64,000 nt of DNA from an uncultured Chloroflexia bacterium (lineage in GTDB: Bacteria; Chloroflexota; Limnocylindria; Limnocylindrales; CSP1-4): contig CAWGVH010000001.1 of assembly GCA_963825995.1 (NCBI GenBank), positions 2,903 to 66,902 of the forward strand, in the 5' to 3' direction. Numbering within the stretch: the first letter of the stretch is position 1; each line of letters starts with the position of its first letter. The position numbers and the translations under genes are program-made. Shown here piece after piece: positions 61,670 through 64,000 of this stretch. The notes beneath the pieces are model-generated. The model was not told where the DNA came from. It saw only the letters and a program-made list of their open reading frames with translations, and searched no databases.

Positions 61670-64000
61670 ATGCCGAGCGAGCCGCTGACATCCGAGACAG
61701 CCACCAGCGCCCCCACGTCACCCGCAGCGGATCCGCCTGTCACTGCTGACCGACCGGGCGATCCGGCGGGCCATCCCTCCGGGCTGGCCATCATCGCCAG
61801 CAAGATCTCACCTGCGATCGAGGGCCGCCTCGTACTGACGCGTGCGCGGCTGGTGGGCTGGCTGGAACAGCAGTCGCACGCCCGGGTGATCCTGCTGACG
61901 GCAGAGGCCGGCTACGGCAAGTCGACGCTGCTCAGTGACTTCGCCCGGCGTTCGGACCTGGCGTGCATCTGGTATCGCCTGGAAACCTCGGATGGCGACT
62001 GGATCACCTTCCTGAGCTACATGGTGGCCTCGCTGCGGGGTTCCGTACCGGGCTTCGGCCAGGCGACGGAAGCACTGCTGCGCAACGTGGCGGCCATGGG
62101 ATCGTCGAGGGAGCTGGTGCTGGCGCAGTTCCTGTCCGACCTTGGAGAGGTCGGCAGCAGAGAATTGCTCGTCATCCTCGATGACTACCACCTGGTTGGT
62201 GAGTCGGCAGACGTGCGCATGATCCTGGGTCGGCTGATCGACCGTGCTCCGGCTGGCATGCGCTTCGTGCTTGCCGGTCGTGGTCGCCCCAACCTCGCAC
62301 TCGGGCGCATGATCGCCCAGGGACGCGTGGCAGAGCTGACCACTCACGACCTGCGGTTCTCACGGCCAGAGATCGAGGAGCTATTCGCGACCGCCTACCT
62401 GCAGCCGCTCGACCAGCGGGCACGCGAAGTCGTGGCCGAGCGGACCCAGGGCTGGGCGGCCAGCCTGCAGCTCGTGGCGGCGTCGATCGCTGTCAGTCGC
62501 CCGAGCGAGGTGGCTTCGTTCATCGAAGCGCTGAGTGGGGCCACGGGACCCATCTACGACTTCCTTGCCGAAGAGGTCCTGGCCCGCATGGCGCCGCTCA
62601 CGGAGCGCGTATTACTGCAGGCCTCTCTCCTTGACCGGGTCACACCCGAACTCGTCACGGCTGGGCTCTCGGTGAGCGACGAGCCCATCGACCGGGACAC
62701 GGTGGCCGCCCACTTGGAAGACGCGCGTTCACTGGGTCTGCTGGGAGAGGCCGAGGCTGAGAGTGGCGGTGCGCGCATCCATCCCCTATTCCGGGAGTTG
62801 CTGGAGCATCACCTCGGGCAACTGACGCCGCCCGAGCACATCAAGGCCATGCATGCTGCCATCGCCCGGAGCGCTGAGAGCACAGCCTGGCTGGCGTCCG
62901 CCAAGCACTACGCCCTGGCGGGCATGGAAATCGAAGCTATGCGAGTCCTCGGTTCGGCGGCAAGCGAGGCCCTCGGGACCGGCGGATGGGGCGCTGTCGT
63001 GGAGGTCGTTGCGCTCATGCCCGACGCCACACCTCCTCCCGCCGTCGAAGTGATCAAAGCACGAGCACTTCTTTCACATGGCAAGACGCCTGCCGCGCTC
63101 GAACTCCTAAGGGCAATCGACCGCAGACACCTGACCCCGGAAGAGCGTGGATTGGTGGGTCTAACGTCGGCGACCGCGTTCCATCTCGACGGCTCAATGC
63201 ATGAGCTCGAAACCGAGGTTGAGTTCGTTGCCAAGGACGAGTTGGTTCCAGCACCCCTCCGTGGGGTTGCACTGTCCTGGCGGCAGATGCTGATCGCGAA
63301 CCACGGCGGAAGCATTTCAACTGCGGTGGACCTTCTCAGCGAATCGGCGAGACACCAACTCCGATCGGGCCTTCGGTACTTCGCGGGTATTACGTTGCAC
63401 AACACGGCGAACGCCGAACTCGCTCGCGGCAACTACCAGGAGGCGCGCCGGTTGGCACTAGAGGCGGTCGAGCAATTGTCACAGGTCGAGGACGGGGCAG
63501 GGGTTGTCGCCTCCTCACGATCCATAGCTGCCGTGGCGGCCGCTGAACGTGGGCAGTTGACGGATGGCCTTCGTGAGGCGACTGCCGCCGCAACGGAGCC
63601 CGGGGCAACAGCAGACGCAATCGCAGAGGCCGCCTACATAAACGCTGTGTGCGGCAGACCCCAACGCGCAGAGTCGCTGCTGGCCAGGTTCGATCGAGGT
63701 GATGCACCGTGGTCCAAGGAACTCGCGTCGCGTGCTCAGGCATGCCATGGGCGGGTTGCGCTGCGGCTGTGTGAGGGCGACCTGCGCGGCGCGCGCTCAG
63801 CGTGGGACGAGATTGTCGGCATTGAAGCTTCGGACATAGATTCGGTATCGCGAGGAGCACTGGTCGACTCCGCCTTGGCGCTCCTGGAAGGAGCAGAGGG
63901 CGCCCTGGAGTTGGCCAGAGATGCAGTTGCCAAGGCTGCGAGTCAAGACGCATGGCGATGGATTGCACGCGCCCGCATTCTCGAGGCCGCGGCCGACCGC
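61670..64000 (+). CDS. MalT/LAL-like STAND NTPase regulator with TPR-like helical repeats (3' end beyond window)
   Basis: My own translation from ATG 61670 stays open to the window end (777 codons). It is not in the ORF track because there is no stop. It has Walker A LLTAEAGYGKSTLL, Walker B LVILDDYH, and the MalT-like TQGWAASLQL. Confidence 0.8.
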   Translation, partial: MPSEPLTSETATSAPTSPAADPPVTADRPGDPAGHPSGLAIIASKISPAIEGRLVLTRARLVGWLEQQSHARVILLTAEAGYGKSTLLSDFARRSDLACIWYRLETSDGDWITFLSYMVASLRGSVPGFGQATEALLRNVAAMGSSRELVLAQFLSDLGEVGSRELLVILDDYHLVGESADVRMILGRLIDRAPAGMRFVLAGRGRPNLALGRMIAQGRVAELTTHDLRFSRPEIEELFATAYLQPLDQRAREVVAERTQGWAASLQLVAASIAVSRPSEVASFIEALSGATGPIYDFLAEEVLARMAPLTERVLLQASLLDRVTPELVTAGLSVSDEPIDRDTVAAHLEDARSLGLLGEAEAESGGARIHPLFRELLEHHLGQLTPPEHIKAMHAAIARSAESTAWLASAKHYALAGMEIEAMRVLGSAASEALGTGGWGAVVEVVALMPDATPPPAVEVIKARALLSHGKTPAALELLRAIDRRHLTPEERGLVGLTSATAFHLDGSMHELETEVEFVAKDELVPAPLRGVALSWRQMLIANHGGSISTAVDLLSESARHQLRSGLRYFAGITLHNTANAELARGNYQEARRLALEAVEQLSQVEDGAGVVASSRSIAAVAAAERGQLTDGLREATAAATEPGATADAIAEAAYINAVCGRPQRAESLLARFDRGDAPWSKELASRAQACHGRVALRLCEGDLRGARSAWDEIVGIEASDIDSVSRGALVDSALALLEGAEGALELARDAVAKAASQDAWRWIARARILEAAADR

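Overview
GC-rich bacterial chromosomal segment with strong GC3 bias and about 57 genes. I saw no transposase, integrase, CRISPR array or rRNA. GGAGG-type RBSs and GAAC-N4-GTTC SOS boxes suggest a Chloroflexota/Thermomicrobia-like or Actinomycetota-like organism; this is inference only. From left to right the content is as follows. (1) A folC-folP-folB folate operon. (2) A PASTA Ser/Thr kinase, galU and several membrane transporters. (3) A ferredoxin/FNR pair, tRNA-Glu and a GH13 hydrolase. (4) A block of photo-oxidative-stress genes: SRPBCC, SDR, FAD-oxidoreductase/DUF1365/CFA-synthase-like, photolyase, two glycosyltransferases and secreted DUF4397/fasciclin proteins. This block sits with a CarH/LitR-type MerR+B12 photoreceptor regulator, and the divergent promoters carry 11-bp-phased TGTACA-type repeats. 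(5) argS. (6) A giant reading frame (35655..44341, minus strand) that I parse as 34 PASTA domains. Three internally perfect tandem-repeat arrays (19x201 bp, 4x204 bp, about 3.6x405 bp) encode 30 of the 34 domains. It has no kinase or PBP domain, ends in a degenerate HExxH-peptidase-like domain, is broken by one single-G deletion, and lies next to a paralogous secreted protein with an intact HExxH. (7) An FMN riboswitch in front of a ThiY/NMT1-type ABC importer. (8) A cyclodeaminase-folD-fhs one-carbon cluster carrying four frameshifts. (9) SOS and replication genes (dinB, lexA, rplI, dnaB) with clear LexA boxes and DnaA boxes, then a dodecin. (10) A MalT-like STAND regulator running off the right edge. 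The multi-PASTA/peptidase-like gene pair and the putative B12-photoreceptor regulon are the most interesting parts.
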